The notes under the pieces: model-generated | What the model saw: only the letters and a program-made list of their open reading frames with translations | What the model was told of the DNA's origin: nothing | Database searches by the model: none | Source of the DNA: Myxococcales bacterium | Lineage (GTDB): Bacteria; Myxococcota_A; Polyangia; Polyangiales; DASUME01 | DNA: 64,000 bases | Assembly (NCBI GenBank): GCA_047601445.1 | Contig: JASGJH010000001.1 | Coordinates: 8,256,001 to 8,320,000 of the forward strand | Direction: 5' to 3' | Shown: positions 1 to 8,980 of the stretch, piece by piece | Position numbering within the stretch: position 1 is the stretch's first letter | Layout of the letters: each line of letters starts with the position of its first letter | Position numbers and translations under genes: made by a program

Positions 1-36
1 GGACACTACACCAGCGCCCACTGGAATGCGACAGAC

Positions 37-831
37 TCAGCGGGTCCGCGCCAACAGCGCGCGCAGGGCCGAGGTGAACTCGGGCTCGGCTTCGAGGTTG
101 GCGATGTGGCCCGCGCCAGGCAGCACCTGCAGCGTCGCGCCGGGGATGCCATCTGCCAACGCGCGCGCCGCCGCGGGTGGGGTGATCGGATCGTGCTCCC
201 CGATCACCACGGCTGTGGGGACGCTGACACGGGGCAGCAGCTCCGTGAGATCGGGGCGGGTCGCGAGGGCGACCATGCTGGCCGAGAGCACCTCGGGAGT
301 CAGGGCCACGATCATGCGGCGCAGCTTTTCCACGACCTCGGGCGCACGCTCGTGGGTGGTGGGCGAGAGTTGGCGCTTGAGCTGCATTTCGGCGAAGGCC
401 GCGACCCCTTCCTTCCACAACAGGCGTAGGCCCGCGGCCCGCGCCTCCTTGGAAGGATTGCTGTCGGCGGGGGCCTGAATGTTCGACAGGAGCAGCCCTC
501 GCACGCGCTCTGGCGCACGCTGGTAGAGCCGCAGCGCGATGTAGCCGCCCATCGATAGGCCGCACAAAACGCAGCGCTCGATCCCACGCTGGTCGAGCAA
601 GGCGAGGGCGTCGTCCACGAGGTGCTCGAGCATATAGGCCGCTGGCGCCGGGGCGCCCGGTGTGTGTCCGCGCACGTCCAGGCTCAGCAGCCGCGCCTCA
701 CCCGCGAGGGCCTGCACTTGCGGCGACCACATCGTGCGCTGGTAGGGGTAAGCGTGCAGGAAGAGGACTGGCACCAACTCCACGTTCCCCTGATCGTCGA
801 ATCGTCCGCTCAGCTCCGTCAGCTCTGGCAC
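37..831 (-). CDS. alpha/beta fold hydrolase (3-oxoadipate enol-lactonase-like)
   Basis: FLHAYP oxyanion motif, GLSMGG nucleophile elbow, GEHD acid, AGHIAN His; GTG at 831 preceded by AGGAGG. Confidence 0.85.
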   Translation of the reverse strand: MPELTELSGRFDDQGNVELVPVLFLHAYPYQRTMWSPQVQALAGEARLLSLDVRGHTPGAPAPAAYMLEHLVDDALALLDQRGIERCVLCGLSMGGYIALRLYQRAPERVRGLLLSNIQAPADSNPSKEARAAGLRLLWKEGVAAFAEMQLKRQLSPTTHERAPEVVEKLRRMIVALTPEVLSASMVALATRPDLTELLPRVSVPTAVVIGEHDPITPPAAARALADGIPGATLQVLPGAGHIANLEAEPEFTSALRALLARTR

Positions 832-935
832 GGGGACCTCCTGTTCGTGTCGAGTGTACCCAGGGGCCCCACGGGTGCAGCCCGGCACCCGGGTGATAGG
901 CACGTCACGATGCGCTGGGCTATGGTGGGCGCGCC

Positions 936-1736
936 ATGAATGACTCCACCCCCAAGCAGCGTCTGCGCCGCTACCTGATCGCCTCCCAGTTCAAGCCGGG
1001 CTTGTTCGGCATGATCACCAACCCGTTCTACTTCGCGCGCACTCGCCTGTTGTCGACGCTGGAGCGGGTGGCAGGCAAGGCGCGGGGGCGCATGCTGGAC
1101 GTGGGCTGCGGGCAAAAACCCTATCGGCATCTTTTTCGAGTCGACGAGTACGTGGGCCTGGAGATCGACACCCCGGAAAATCGCGCGAACAAGCAGGCGG
1201 ACTTCTTCTACGACGGACGCTCGTTCCCCTTTGCCGACGGGAGCTTCGACAGCGTGTTTGCGAGCCAGGTGTTCGAGCACGTGTTCAACCCCGAGGAGTT
1301 CTTGAGCGAGGTGGCCCGTGTGTTGCGACCCGGCGGCAGCTTGATCCTGACCCTGCCGTTCTTCTGGGACGAGCACGAACAACCCTACGACTTCGCGCGC
1401 TACTCGTCGTTCGGGCTCAGCCACTTGCTTTCGCGCCACGGCTTTCGTGTGGAGGAGCTGCACAAGAGCGGCGCCGATCTCTCGCCGGTGTTGCAGGCCT
1501 GGGGAATGTACGTGTTCAAGGCGCTCACTCCCAAGAACCCGTGGCTCAAGCTGGCGACGGCCGGTCTGATGACGGCGCCCCTCAACGTCGTGGGGAGTCT
1601 GTTGATCCCGCTGTTTCCAGAAAATCCTGACCTCTTTCTCGATTTGGTCGTGCGCGCGACGCGGCTCGAGACGGCACACGCGGGATCCGAGTTGGCTGAT
1701 AGTTCAGGACAGCTCCGTTCGCCTGTTCGAGGCTGA
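936..1736 (+). CDS. class I SAM-dependent methyltransferase
   Basis: MLDVGCG motif I, FPFADGSFD, VFEHV, RVLRPGG, EQPYDFARY. Confidence 0.88.
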   Translation: MNDSTPKQRLRRYLIASQFKPGLFGMITNPFYFARTRLLSTLERVAGKARGRMLDVGCGQKPYRHLFRVDEYVGLEIDTPENRANKQADFFYDGRSFPFADGSFDSVFASQVFEHVFNPEEFLSEVARVLRPGGSLILTLPFFWDEHEQPYDFARYSSFGLSHLLSRHGFRVEELHKSGADLSPVLQAWGMYVFKALTPKNPWLKLATAGLMTAPLNVVGSLLIPLFPENPDLFLDLVVRATRLETAHAGSELADSSGQLRSPVRG

Positions 1737-1894
1737 TGCCTGGGCTGCGCCTGCGAAGGCTGTGGACCAAAGCTCGTGGGATGTTGCCGAGCTGACGCTT
1801 CCACTGCGGATCGTACGCCCGGCGTCTCGGTCGACGCGCTGGGAGCGGCTGTCACGGGTGGTTCCCCTGGTGCGCCGGTCGCAGTTCTGCTTGG

Positions 1895-2182
1895 ATGGCG
1901 GGGATGCACTCGGCGTTCCTCCGCGGTTGGTTCTTGCTGGCGCTCGGTCTGGGTTGGTCTGTGGGCCCCTCGGCTGCGGAGGCCAGGCCCCCCATCGTGC
2001 CCGAGGCCATGGTCCGGGCCTGCAAAGCCCTGAGCGACGGCTCAGCGTGTCAGTTCGAGCTCAGCGGCAAGCACCTCACCGGAACCTGCGAACCCCTGCC
2101 CGACAAGGAGTTGGCGTGTCGCCCTGGTCCCGGCAAGAAGCGCCCGCGTACCCGCCCCAAGACGTCCGCCACCCCCGAGTAG
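1895..2182 (+). CDS. small secreted 4-Cys hypothetical protein
   Basis: Signal peptide ending AEA, then AC...SAC.F...GTC...LACRP. Confidence 0.6.
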   Translation: MAGMHSAFLRGWFLLALGLGWSVGPSAAEARPPIVPEAMVRACKALSDGSACQFELSGKHLTGTCEPLPDKELACRPGPGKKRPRTRPKTSATPE

Positions 2183-2312
2183 CCGCGCCCCGAGTCGTCG
2201 AGCTCGCGTTCTGTTGCTTTGTGCGAGGCGCGTACAACTCCTGGCTTCGGGCGCGCGCGACGCGCCCGAAGCGCGGCTCGATGCAGCACGCGCGCAGCCA
2301 AGGGGGAACGAT

Positions 2313-3350
2313 ATGGCACGCAACGAAGCGAACATGGAGACCACCTCGATCTCCGGGATCCTGATCCCATGCAGTCGGATCGGCCTCGGAACCTGGGCCA
2401 TGGGGGGCTTTCAATGGGGCGGCACCGATGACGACGAATCCGTGCGCACCATCCACGCCGCGCTCGATCAGGGCATCAACTTGATCGACACCGCGCCGGC
2501 CTACGGCTTCGGGCACTCCGAAGAAGTGGTCGGTCGGGCCATCGCGGCGCGCGGTCAACGAGACCGCGTGGTGATCGCCACCAAGGTGGGGCTCGAGAAG
2601 GTGGACGATAGCCTCTTCCGTAACTCCACGCGTGAGCAGATCTTCGAGGAGGTGGAGCTCTCGCTGCGGCGCCTGCGCACGGACTACATCGACTTGTACC
2701 AAGTGCACTGGCCCGACTTCGGTACGCCTTACGAGACCACTGCTCAGGCCCTGCTCGATCTCAAGAAGGCGGGAAAAATACGCGCGATCGGTGTCTCCAA
2801 CTACTCCGTCGAGGCCATGGAGCGCTTCGCCGCCGTGGCACCGCTGGCGTCCGCTCAGCCTCCGCTCAACCTGTTCGAGCGCGAGATGGCCAACGCCATC
2901 CTACCCTGGTGTCGTGAGCAGCGCGTCGGCGTGCTCACCTACGGCGCGCTGTGCCGCGGTTTGTTGGGAGGTGCCATCGACGAGTCCACGCGCTTCGAGG
3001 GGGACGACCTGCGCAAGACCGATCCCAAGTTCCAGGCGCCGCGCTTTGCTCAGTATCTACAGGCGGTGAGGCTCCTCGACCGCTATGCCCACGAGCGATA
3101 TCAGAAGGGCGTGCTCGCGCTGGCCGTGCGCTGGGTGCTCGACCAGCCCGGCGTCTCGGTGGCCTTGTGGGGACCGCGCCATCCCGCTGATCTGGAGCCG
3201 CTCGCGGACACCATGAACTGGAGGCTCGACGACGAGGCGCTCAGCTACGTCGACGAGGTGATCAACCACAGCGTCAGCTCTCCGGTCGGCGCTGAGTTCA
3301 TGGCCCCGCCAGAGCGCAAGCCTGGCGAGTCCCATGCCCGCCCCCACTGA
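2313..3350 (+). CDS. aldo/keto reductase
   Basis: IGLGTWAMGG, DTAPAYGFGHSEE, IATK, DYIDLYQVHWPD, GKIRAIGVSN; ATG 2313 after AGGGGG. Confidence 0.93.
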   Translation: MARNEANMETTSISGILIPCSRIGLGTWAMGGFQWGGTDDDESVRTIHAALDQGINLIDTAPAYGFGHSEEVVGRAIAARGQRDRVVIATKVGLEKVDDSLFRNSTREQIFEEVELSLRRLRTDYIDLYQVHWPDFGTPYETTAQALLDLKKAGKIRAIGVSNYSVEAMERFAAVAPLASAQPPLNLFEREMANAILPWCREQRVGVLTYGALCRGLLGGAIDESTRFEGDDLRKTDPKFQAPRFAQYLQAVRLLDRYAHERYQKGVLALAVRWVLDQPGVSVALWGPRHPADLEPLADTMNWRLDDEALSYVDEVINHSVSSPVGAEFMAPPERKPGESHARPH

Positions 3351-3389
3351 GTTCACAATCGGGCGACTCGCGGTTGGAGCCTCACGCGC

Positions 3390-5234
3390 TCACAGCGCGC
3401 TACCTCCGTCGGCATCGTCGAGCGAGAATGCTGCCTGGATGAGCGCGAGATGGCTGAAGGCCTGGGGGAAGTTGCCGAGCTGACGCTTCTCCTTGGGATC
3501 GTACTCTTCTGCGAGCAGTCCCACGTCGTTGCACAGCGCGGCCAGCTTCGAGAACAACGCCTCGGCCTCCTTGCGACGCCCGATACGGCAGTAGGCCTGC
3601 ACCAACCAGAACGAACAGGCCAGGAACGCGCCCTCGCGACCGCGCAAGCCGTCGTTGCCATCCTTGGGCCGATAGCGCAGCAGCAGCCCGTCCTCCATCA
3701 AATCCTTGGCCACCGCGTCCACGGTGCCGATGCAGCGGGGATCATCGGGCGGAAGGAAGCCCGTCAAGGGCACGAACAGTAGGCTCGCATCGAGATCCTG
3801 CGAGCCGTAGTACTGGGTGAAGGTGTTGCGTCCCTTGTCGAAGCCCTTCTCGCAGACCTCGGCGTGGATCTCTTTCTGGACCGCGTGCCAGCGCGCAGTG
3901 GGTGCGTCTAGCCCGAAGGCGCGCGCCGCGCGGATGCAGCACTCGAGCGCGTGCCAGGCGGAAACCTTGGAGGCCGTGAAGGGGCGGTCGGGCCCGCGCA
4001 TCTCCCACAACCCACGATCCATGCGCGTCCAGTTCAACGACACGTAGTTGCCCACGGAGATGAACGCGCGCTCCATCTGGGGATCCACTTTGCCCCTCAG
4101 GCGAGCGGTCCAGTACAGCCCGAGCGCTACCTCGCCCATCACATCCAGCTGAAATTGGGTGTAAGCCCCATTGCCCGTGCGGACTGGCAGGGAGTCGCCG
4201 TAACCGGGCAACCAGTCCAGGCTCAGCTCCGTGAGGCGCCGTTCGCCGCGCAGGCCGTACATGATCTGAAACTGGCTGGGGTCGCCCGCCACCGCGCGTC
4301 GCATCCAGGCGCCGAGCCGCAGCCCTTCTTCATTGTGCCTGGCGCACTGCAAGGCGAGCACGCTCAAGGACGCATCGCGCAGCCAGCAGAAGCGGTAGTC
4401 CCAGTTGCGCTCCCCGCCCATCTCTTCGGGCAAGGAGGTCGTGGGGGCGGCGACGATGCCGCCGGTGGGCTCGAAGGTGCACGCCTTGAGCGTGATGAAG
4501 GAGCGCATCAGCAGATCGCGGTGTTGCTCGGGCACCTGCAGCTTGGAGGTCCACTGACGCCAGAACTTCACCGTCTCTCGCTCGGAGCGCGCGGCGGAGC
4601 CCGGCTTGGGCTCGTGCTCGTAGGCGCCCGCATGGCTCAGCATGAACGACACCCGGTCTCCCTCTTCCACCTCGAAGTCCACGAAGGTGGCCGGCGCATG
4701 CTCGTCGAGATCGCTCTCCAGATAGAGCGCATCGGGTCCCGCGTAGATGGCCGTATGCGTGTCCCTGGCCTCCACCAGCGGCACCACCTGGCCATATCCG
4801 AAGCGCACCACCGCGCGTGAACACATCGGCACGCGGCCCTTGATGCACTCCACGATGCGGACGAGTACGTTGTGTTCGCCCGGCGGCATGAAGTCCGAGA
4901 TCCGCACGACTCCGCTCTCGGTCGTCCACTCGGTGTCCAGGATCAGGCTGTCGCCCCGGTAGCTGCGCTTGGTCTCGAGCACGGGCAGGCGCGGAAAGAT
5001 CTTCCAGCACCCATGGTCCTCCGTGCCCAGCAGCGCCGCGAAGCAAGCGTCCGAGTCGAAGTTGGGAAAGCAGAGCCAATCCACCGTGCCATCCAGCGTA
5101 ATCAGCGCAGCCGTGCGCAAGTTGCCGACCAAGGCGTGATCCTCGATGCGCGGCGTCAGAAAGCCCACCGACGCGGCGTCGATCATCGACGGACTCGTGC
5201 GTATTGGTTGCGCGCTGCTCGCTTGGTTCAACAT
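3390..5234 (-). CDS. glycoside hydrolase family 15 (glucoamylase/trehalase-like)
   Basis: GGIVAAPTTSLPE, RNWDYRFCWLRD, GLWEMRG, LLAEEYD, LGNFPQAFSH; GGAGG before ATG 5234. Confidence 0.93.
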   Translation of the reverse strand: MLNQASSAQPIRTSPSMIDAASVGFLTPRIEDHALVGNLRTAALITLDGTVDWLCFPNFDSDACFAALLGTEDHGCWKIFPRLPVLETKRSYRGDSLILDTEWTTESGVVRISDFMPPGEHNVLVRIVECIKGRVPMCSRAVVRFGYGQVVPLVEARDTHTAIYAGPDALYLESDLDEHAPATFVDFEVEEGDRVSFMLSHAGAYEHEPKPGSAARSERETVKFWRQWTSKLQVPEQHRDLLMRSFITLKACTFEPTGGIVAAPTTSLPEEMGGERNWDYRFCWLRDASLSVLALQCARHNEEGLRLGAWMRRAVAGDPSQFQIMYGLRGERRLTELSLDWLPGYGDSLPVRTGNGAYTQFQLDVMGEVALGLYWTARLRGKVDPQMERAFISVGNYVSLNWTRMDRGLWEMRGPDRPFTASKVSAWHALECCIRAARAFGLDAPTARWHAVQKEIHAEVCEKGFDKGRNTFTQYYGSQDLDASLLFVPLTGFLPPDDPRCIGTVDAVAKDLMEDGLLLRYRPKDGNDGLRGREGAFLACSFWLVQAYCRIGRRKEAEALFSKLAALCNDVGLLAEEYDPKEKRQLGNFPQAFSHLALIQAAFSLDDADGGSAL

Positions 5235-5354
5235 GAGAATCCTCCGGACTGGTCTGCGCAGAGGAACGTAGACACCGAGCGAAAGGTGCTCGTGGGAGCG
5301 GCGCTCTCCAAAAGGAGGCGCTTTGGCGCGCATGGTGAGCGGTCCCGTGATCGT

Positions 5355-6197
5355 TCACCTTGGCGAGATTGGGGTTGAGCCCGTGTCCTTGGCAGCAGTT
5401 GAACCGGGGCTCGCTGCCATCACGTCTCGCAAGTGCGCCTTGTAGGTTCGGCCGGCCCACAGGAGCTGGCGCGCTGCGCGCAGATCGTCGGGCGGATTCG
5501 CGACGAGGGTGAGTTGGTCGCCGAGCAACGTGATGAACGCGACGGCGTCCAGCCCTCCCTGGGCGGCGTCGTCCTGGGTTCGTCGAAAGGCCTCGTTCAT
5601 GGCCGCATCACTGGCGCCGACGCGCCGCCACACGCGCGTTTCGCTCGGGTTCTCCTCGCGTAGGTCGCGCTGCACGTCGGACCAGACGGCCACTTGCCGG
5701 AAGCCGCGCCCGAACGACCCCTGGCAAATGGTGAGGGCCATCCAGCTTCGATCGGGCCAACCGAGGCGGCTGCGCAGCGGGGCACTGGAGAAGATCTTCG
5801 GCAACGCGATCGACTCGCCGACCTCGGTCATCTCGACTCCTTCCAGCCGCGCTAGTTGGTCGAAGAGATCGTGGGTTCGGATCGAGGTCCCGAAAGCGTG
5901 CAGGTTGCCCAGCGTCAGAACGAGGCCCCAGCCAACGGGCAACAACAGCAAGAGGTAGAACAACCTCAAGCTGGGCGGAACGCCTCCGATGAAGAAGGCG
6001 CCCAAGGGCACGATGAAAGCCGTTGCCGGGACGAGGCTCGCGTCCTGCAGGAACCGCAGCCACGAGCGATGCACGGGCACGAGCGCCAGCGTGGGCCCCG
6101 CACCGAGCTTGGCCCAGCGACGCTTGCCGACGAGAAAGAGTCCCCAGAGCGTGATCACGCACACGCCGGTCACTCGGAGGAGAAGGTCGTGCTCCAC
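5355..6197 (-). CDS. hypothetical membrane protein
   Basis: Three N-terminal hydrophobic segments followed by a soluble domain; fills the gap between genes. Confidence 0.6.
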   Translation of the reverse strand: MEHDLLLRVTGVCVITLWGLFLVGKRRWAKLGAGPTLALVPVHRSWLRFLQDASLVPATAFIVPLGAFFIGGVPPSLRLFYLLLLLPVGWGLVLTLGNLHAFGTSIRTHDLFDQLARLEGVEMTEVGESIALPKIFSSAPLRSRLGWPDRSWMALTICQGSFGRGFRQVAVWSDVQRDLREENPSETRVWRRVGASDAAMNEAFRRTQDDAAQGGLDAVAFITLLGDQLTLVANPPDDLRAARQLLWAGRTYKAHLRDVMAASPGSTAAKDTGSTPISPR

Positions 6198-6324
6198 GAT
6201 TCACCTCGTTCAAATCCGTGAGGTAGATGGGCTCATACCTGCCGATCGGCCTCTCGTCCACGAGCGTTCACTCGCAGATGGAAGCAGATCAACCCTCTGC
6301 CAGCGGAGGTTCCCGAAGCGGGCC

Positions 6325-6670
6325 TCAGGGCTCGAGGCGCAGGAGGCGCACCCCGAGGGTCGCCACGTGCGACCAGTGCGTCGTGTGGTCGCCGTCGAGG
6401 GGCACGATGGAGCCGTCGTTGAACGCCGTCACGTCGGAGCCAGGCACATCCTCGCCCGCGGCGGCCGCGCCCGCGCTCGGCGCGTACACGCCGGGGGCGA
6501 CCTGCGAGCAAGCCAGGGTGAACAACGGAGCTTGTCCCTGCACCGCGAGCTTCACGCCCTTGAGCGTGCCGGGCTCGAGCAGGGGTCGTTCACGTTGAGG
6601 GAGATGCCCTCGGGGCAAGATGCTCGCGTCCTTGGAGGTGCTCGAGAAGCGCGCCACGAGGCGCACCATG
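6325..6670 (-). pseudogene. hypothetical protein or C-terminal gene remnant
   Basis: Protein-like composition (AFNDGSIVPLDGDHTTHWSHVATLGVRLLRL); the open frame runs up into the end of the 6759 gene and has no clear RBS; start uncertain. Confidence 0.3.
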
Positions 6671-6758
6671 AATGACGCCACGCGCTGGTACAAAGGCTGG
6701 TTCTCGGGTGCTGCCGGGTTGTTCGCCACGAGGCGCGCCTGGCCAAAACTGCACGCGG

Positions 6759-8885
6759 CTAGCGGAAGGTCTCGCTCGAGATTTGCCCGAAGTTCCAGTG
6801 CACGAGCCGGTTTCCTGCCACGACGGTGTCGTACTCGTCGGAGGTCGATTGGAAGACAATGCTGCCGTCGCTGTTCGAACGAACGGTGCGGCTGGTTGGG
6901 TCGTAGAAGAGACCTTTGCCCGCTGCCTGCATCTCCGCAGTGGGTACGCGGTCCGATAGCGCCAGGGAACGCCCCGCTACACGGGCGCTCGCCAGCGCGG
7001 GCTCGGGCCCACCGGGACGGTCGTCGTCTAGCCAGCCTGCCGTGCCGATGATTGGGTCCGATCCGATCCAGCCCAAGAACCAATCGCCCTGGGGCACGAG
7101 CGGTTCCCCTGCATGGCTGGTGAGCACGCCGCTTCCGAAGTTGAACGCAATGTCCCAGCCGTCGGGTGAAATGCCCCAGAAGCTAGCGGGATACTGGCCG
7201 ATGCCCGTTGGGCAAGTATCCGGTAAGGTGAAGCGCTCTTCACCAGTGTTGAGATCGACGACCCGAGTCGTGCAATCGGGGGAGATCGCGACCCCCTCTG
7301 CTGAGACGTACCCTCCGCCACCATAGACTGCAGCGACGGTCCCGTTCTTGGCGAGCTCGATGTTCCGGCTTCGAGGCAACAGGTCTGGCGGTAGCACCAC
7401 ACGTGTCAGACTCGGGTGCGAAGGAGTGGGGAGCTTGTGCAAAACCCATTCGGCGTCGGCGCCGCGCGATGCCAGGTGCAGCAGGGTCGCGCCGTCGGCC
7501 GATAGTTGCGCTCCTCTGCCGTGTAGGCCGCCGAGGAGTTTCCAGCCACTCGGGCTCTGCTCGACCACCCACAGTTGCCCGCCGTCTCCACCGACCTCCA
7601 CGATGAAGCGCCCCGACTCGGAGCCCGCGATCGATGTCACGCCGCCGCAACCGAGCTGGGAGACCGTTGAACCCGAGCCGATCCAGATTGGACTGCCGCT
7701 GCCCGTGGTCGTCATCGCCCAATTGCCCTCGGTGTCATCGGTGAGCGTGGATGCACTGATGGATACCCAGCCGTAATCGGCGCTCACGGTGGCACGTTGA
7801 GTAGGAGGGTCCGTACGCAGGTCGTAGAGAGCAACGTCGGTTCCGTACAGCCTGCCGAGCGCGAGGGTGAAGGTGCCCATGCCGAAGGATTCCCAGCCGT
7901 CGGTGTTCGCTTGGATGAGGGGGGTCGTCCCACCCACCGGAAACACGTATCCATGCTCGTTGTCCCATCTCGTCGGATCGCTCTGCTTGACGGCGAAGGT
8001 GCTGCCAGATCCGACGAGGTCCACCGTTTCATCGAGCTCGAGAGTCTGCGCAACGCTGCCGTCGGCGTTCACGATCCGATACGTACTGCCCTCGCGCGTG
8101 AAGAACTTCGGATCGCGTTCAAACCACGAGAGGAACTCGCCTGAGAACTCTGGTGAAACGGAGCTCTCGTCGCCCGCCGCCCGAATGAACTCGATGAGGT
8201 GTTCGCCCGCTGGTCCACCTGCAACGTATGCCCCTTCTACGTCCGCGACGATCTGCGCATTGCTGTAATCACCCGGACGCCTCCAGAGCTGAGCGCCGTC
8301 ACTGGTGCGCCAGGCGAAGAGGCCCGCCGTCGTGGCTGCCCACACCCACGCTCCATCACGTGCAATCTGCGCAGGCGACTCGGAGCCGCGAAGCCCGTTC
8401 TGAATGAGGTATTCAGCAGGAGGAGCCTGCTCCGAGGACTCGAGCACCACGAGCAAGCTGTTGTCCTGGGCATTGCGGAGCTCCAGCTGGGACGAGGCGT
8501 TTCTCACCAGAATCATGGAACTGCGCAGATCGAGCGCTGTCGAACCAAACGCACGAACCAGGATGTTGCGTTTCGTCGTATCCCAAAGCATCCAAGCAGG
8601 GTCGCTGGATGGGGTCATGGTGGCTTGGAGTACGCGATCCCCCGAGCGCCTCAGGAGCAGCCGGCCATCGTATGTCTCGAGCTTGCCGTCTCGAAAAAAG
8701 CCCTCGCGGAGGGGCAGGCCGCATAGCGTCCCCTCGGGAGACTCGATCCAAAGGTCGCTCTCTTCATGAAGCGCCGTCACGGCGTCAGGTTTGCGATGCT
8801 GGTCCGAGCCATCGGCTCCACAAGCGGAGAGAGCCAGCGTAGTGCCCCCGGTCATCAAAACGAGAGCAAGCATGTTCGCGCGCAT
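6759..8885 (-). CDS. beta-propeller-like lipoprotein, tandem paralog A
   Basis: Lipobox LSAC; W/G-rich beta-strand repeats; collinear with the 8981-11179 gene. Confidence 0.75.
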   Translation of the reverse strand: MRANMLALVLMTGGTTLALSACGADGSDQHRKPDAVTALHEESDLWIESPEGTLCGLPLREGFFRDGKLETYDGRLLLRRSGDRVLQATMTPSSDPAWMLWDTTKRNILVRAFGSTALDLRSSMILVRNASSQLELRNAQDNSLLVVLESSEQAPPAEYLIQNGLRGSESPAQIARDGAWVWAATTAGLFAWRTSDGAQLWRRPGDYSNAQIVADVEGAYVAGGPAGEHLIEFIRAAGDESSVSPEFSGEFLSWFERDPKFFTREGSTYRIVNADGSVAQTLELDETVDLVGSGSTFAVKQSDPTRWDNEHGYVFPVGGTTPLIQANTDGWESFGMGTFTLALGRLYGTDVALYDLRTDPPTQRATVSADYGWVSISASTLTDDTEGNWAMTTTGSGSPIWIGSGSTVSQLGCGGVTSIAGSESGRFIVEVGGDGGQLWVVEQSPSGWKLLGGLHGRGAQLSADGATLLHLASRGADAEWVLHKLPTPSHPSLTRVVLPPDLLPRSRNIELAKNGTVAAVYGGGGYVSAEGVAISPDCTTRVVDLNTGEERFTLPDTCPTGIGQYPASFWGISPDGWDIAFNFGSGVLTSHAGEPLVPQGDWFLGWIGSDPIIGTAGWLDDDRPGGPEPALASARVAGRSLALSDRVPTAEMQAAGKGLFYDPTSRTVRSNSDGSIVFQSTSDEYDTVVAGNRLVHWNFGQISSETFR

Positions 8886-8903
8886 GGGGCCCTAACTCTT
8901 CCA

Positions 8904-8917
8904 CGACATGGATATCA
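8904..8917. promoter_or_regulatory. candidate operator, degenerate copy (CGACATGGATATCA)
   Basis: Matches the perfect palindrome upstream of paralog B. Confidence 0.4.
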
Positions 8918-8980
8918 GACTGCGGCTCGCGAATGACCGGCGTGTTGTGGAGGTCATCGTTGGTCAGCAGGACGCGCGCC

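Noticed and set aside
6309..6315. attR-like copy of the tRNA 3' end (GTTCCCG)
   Set aside because: Only 7 bp, expected by chance; no integrase in the window
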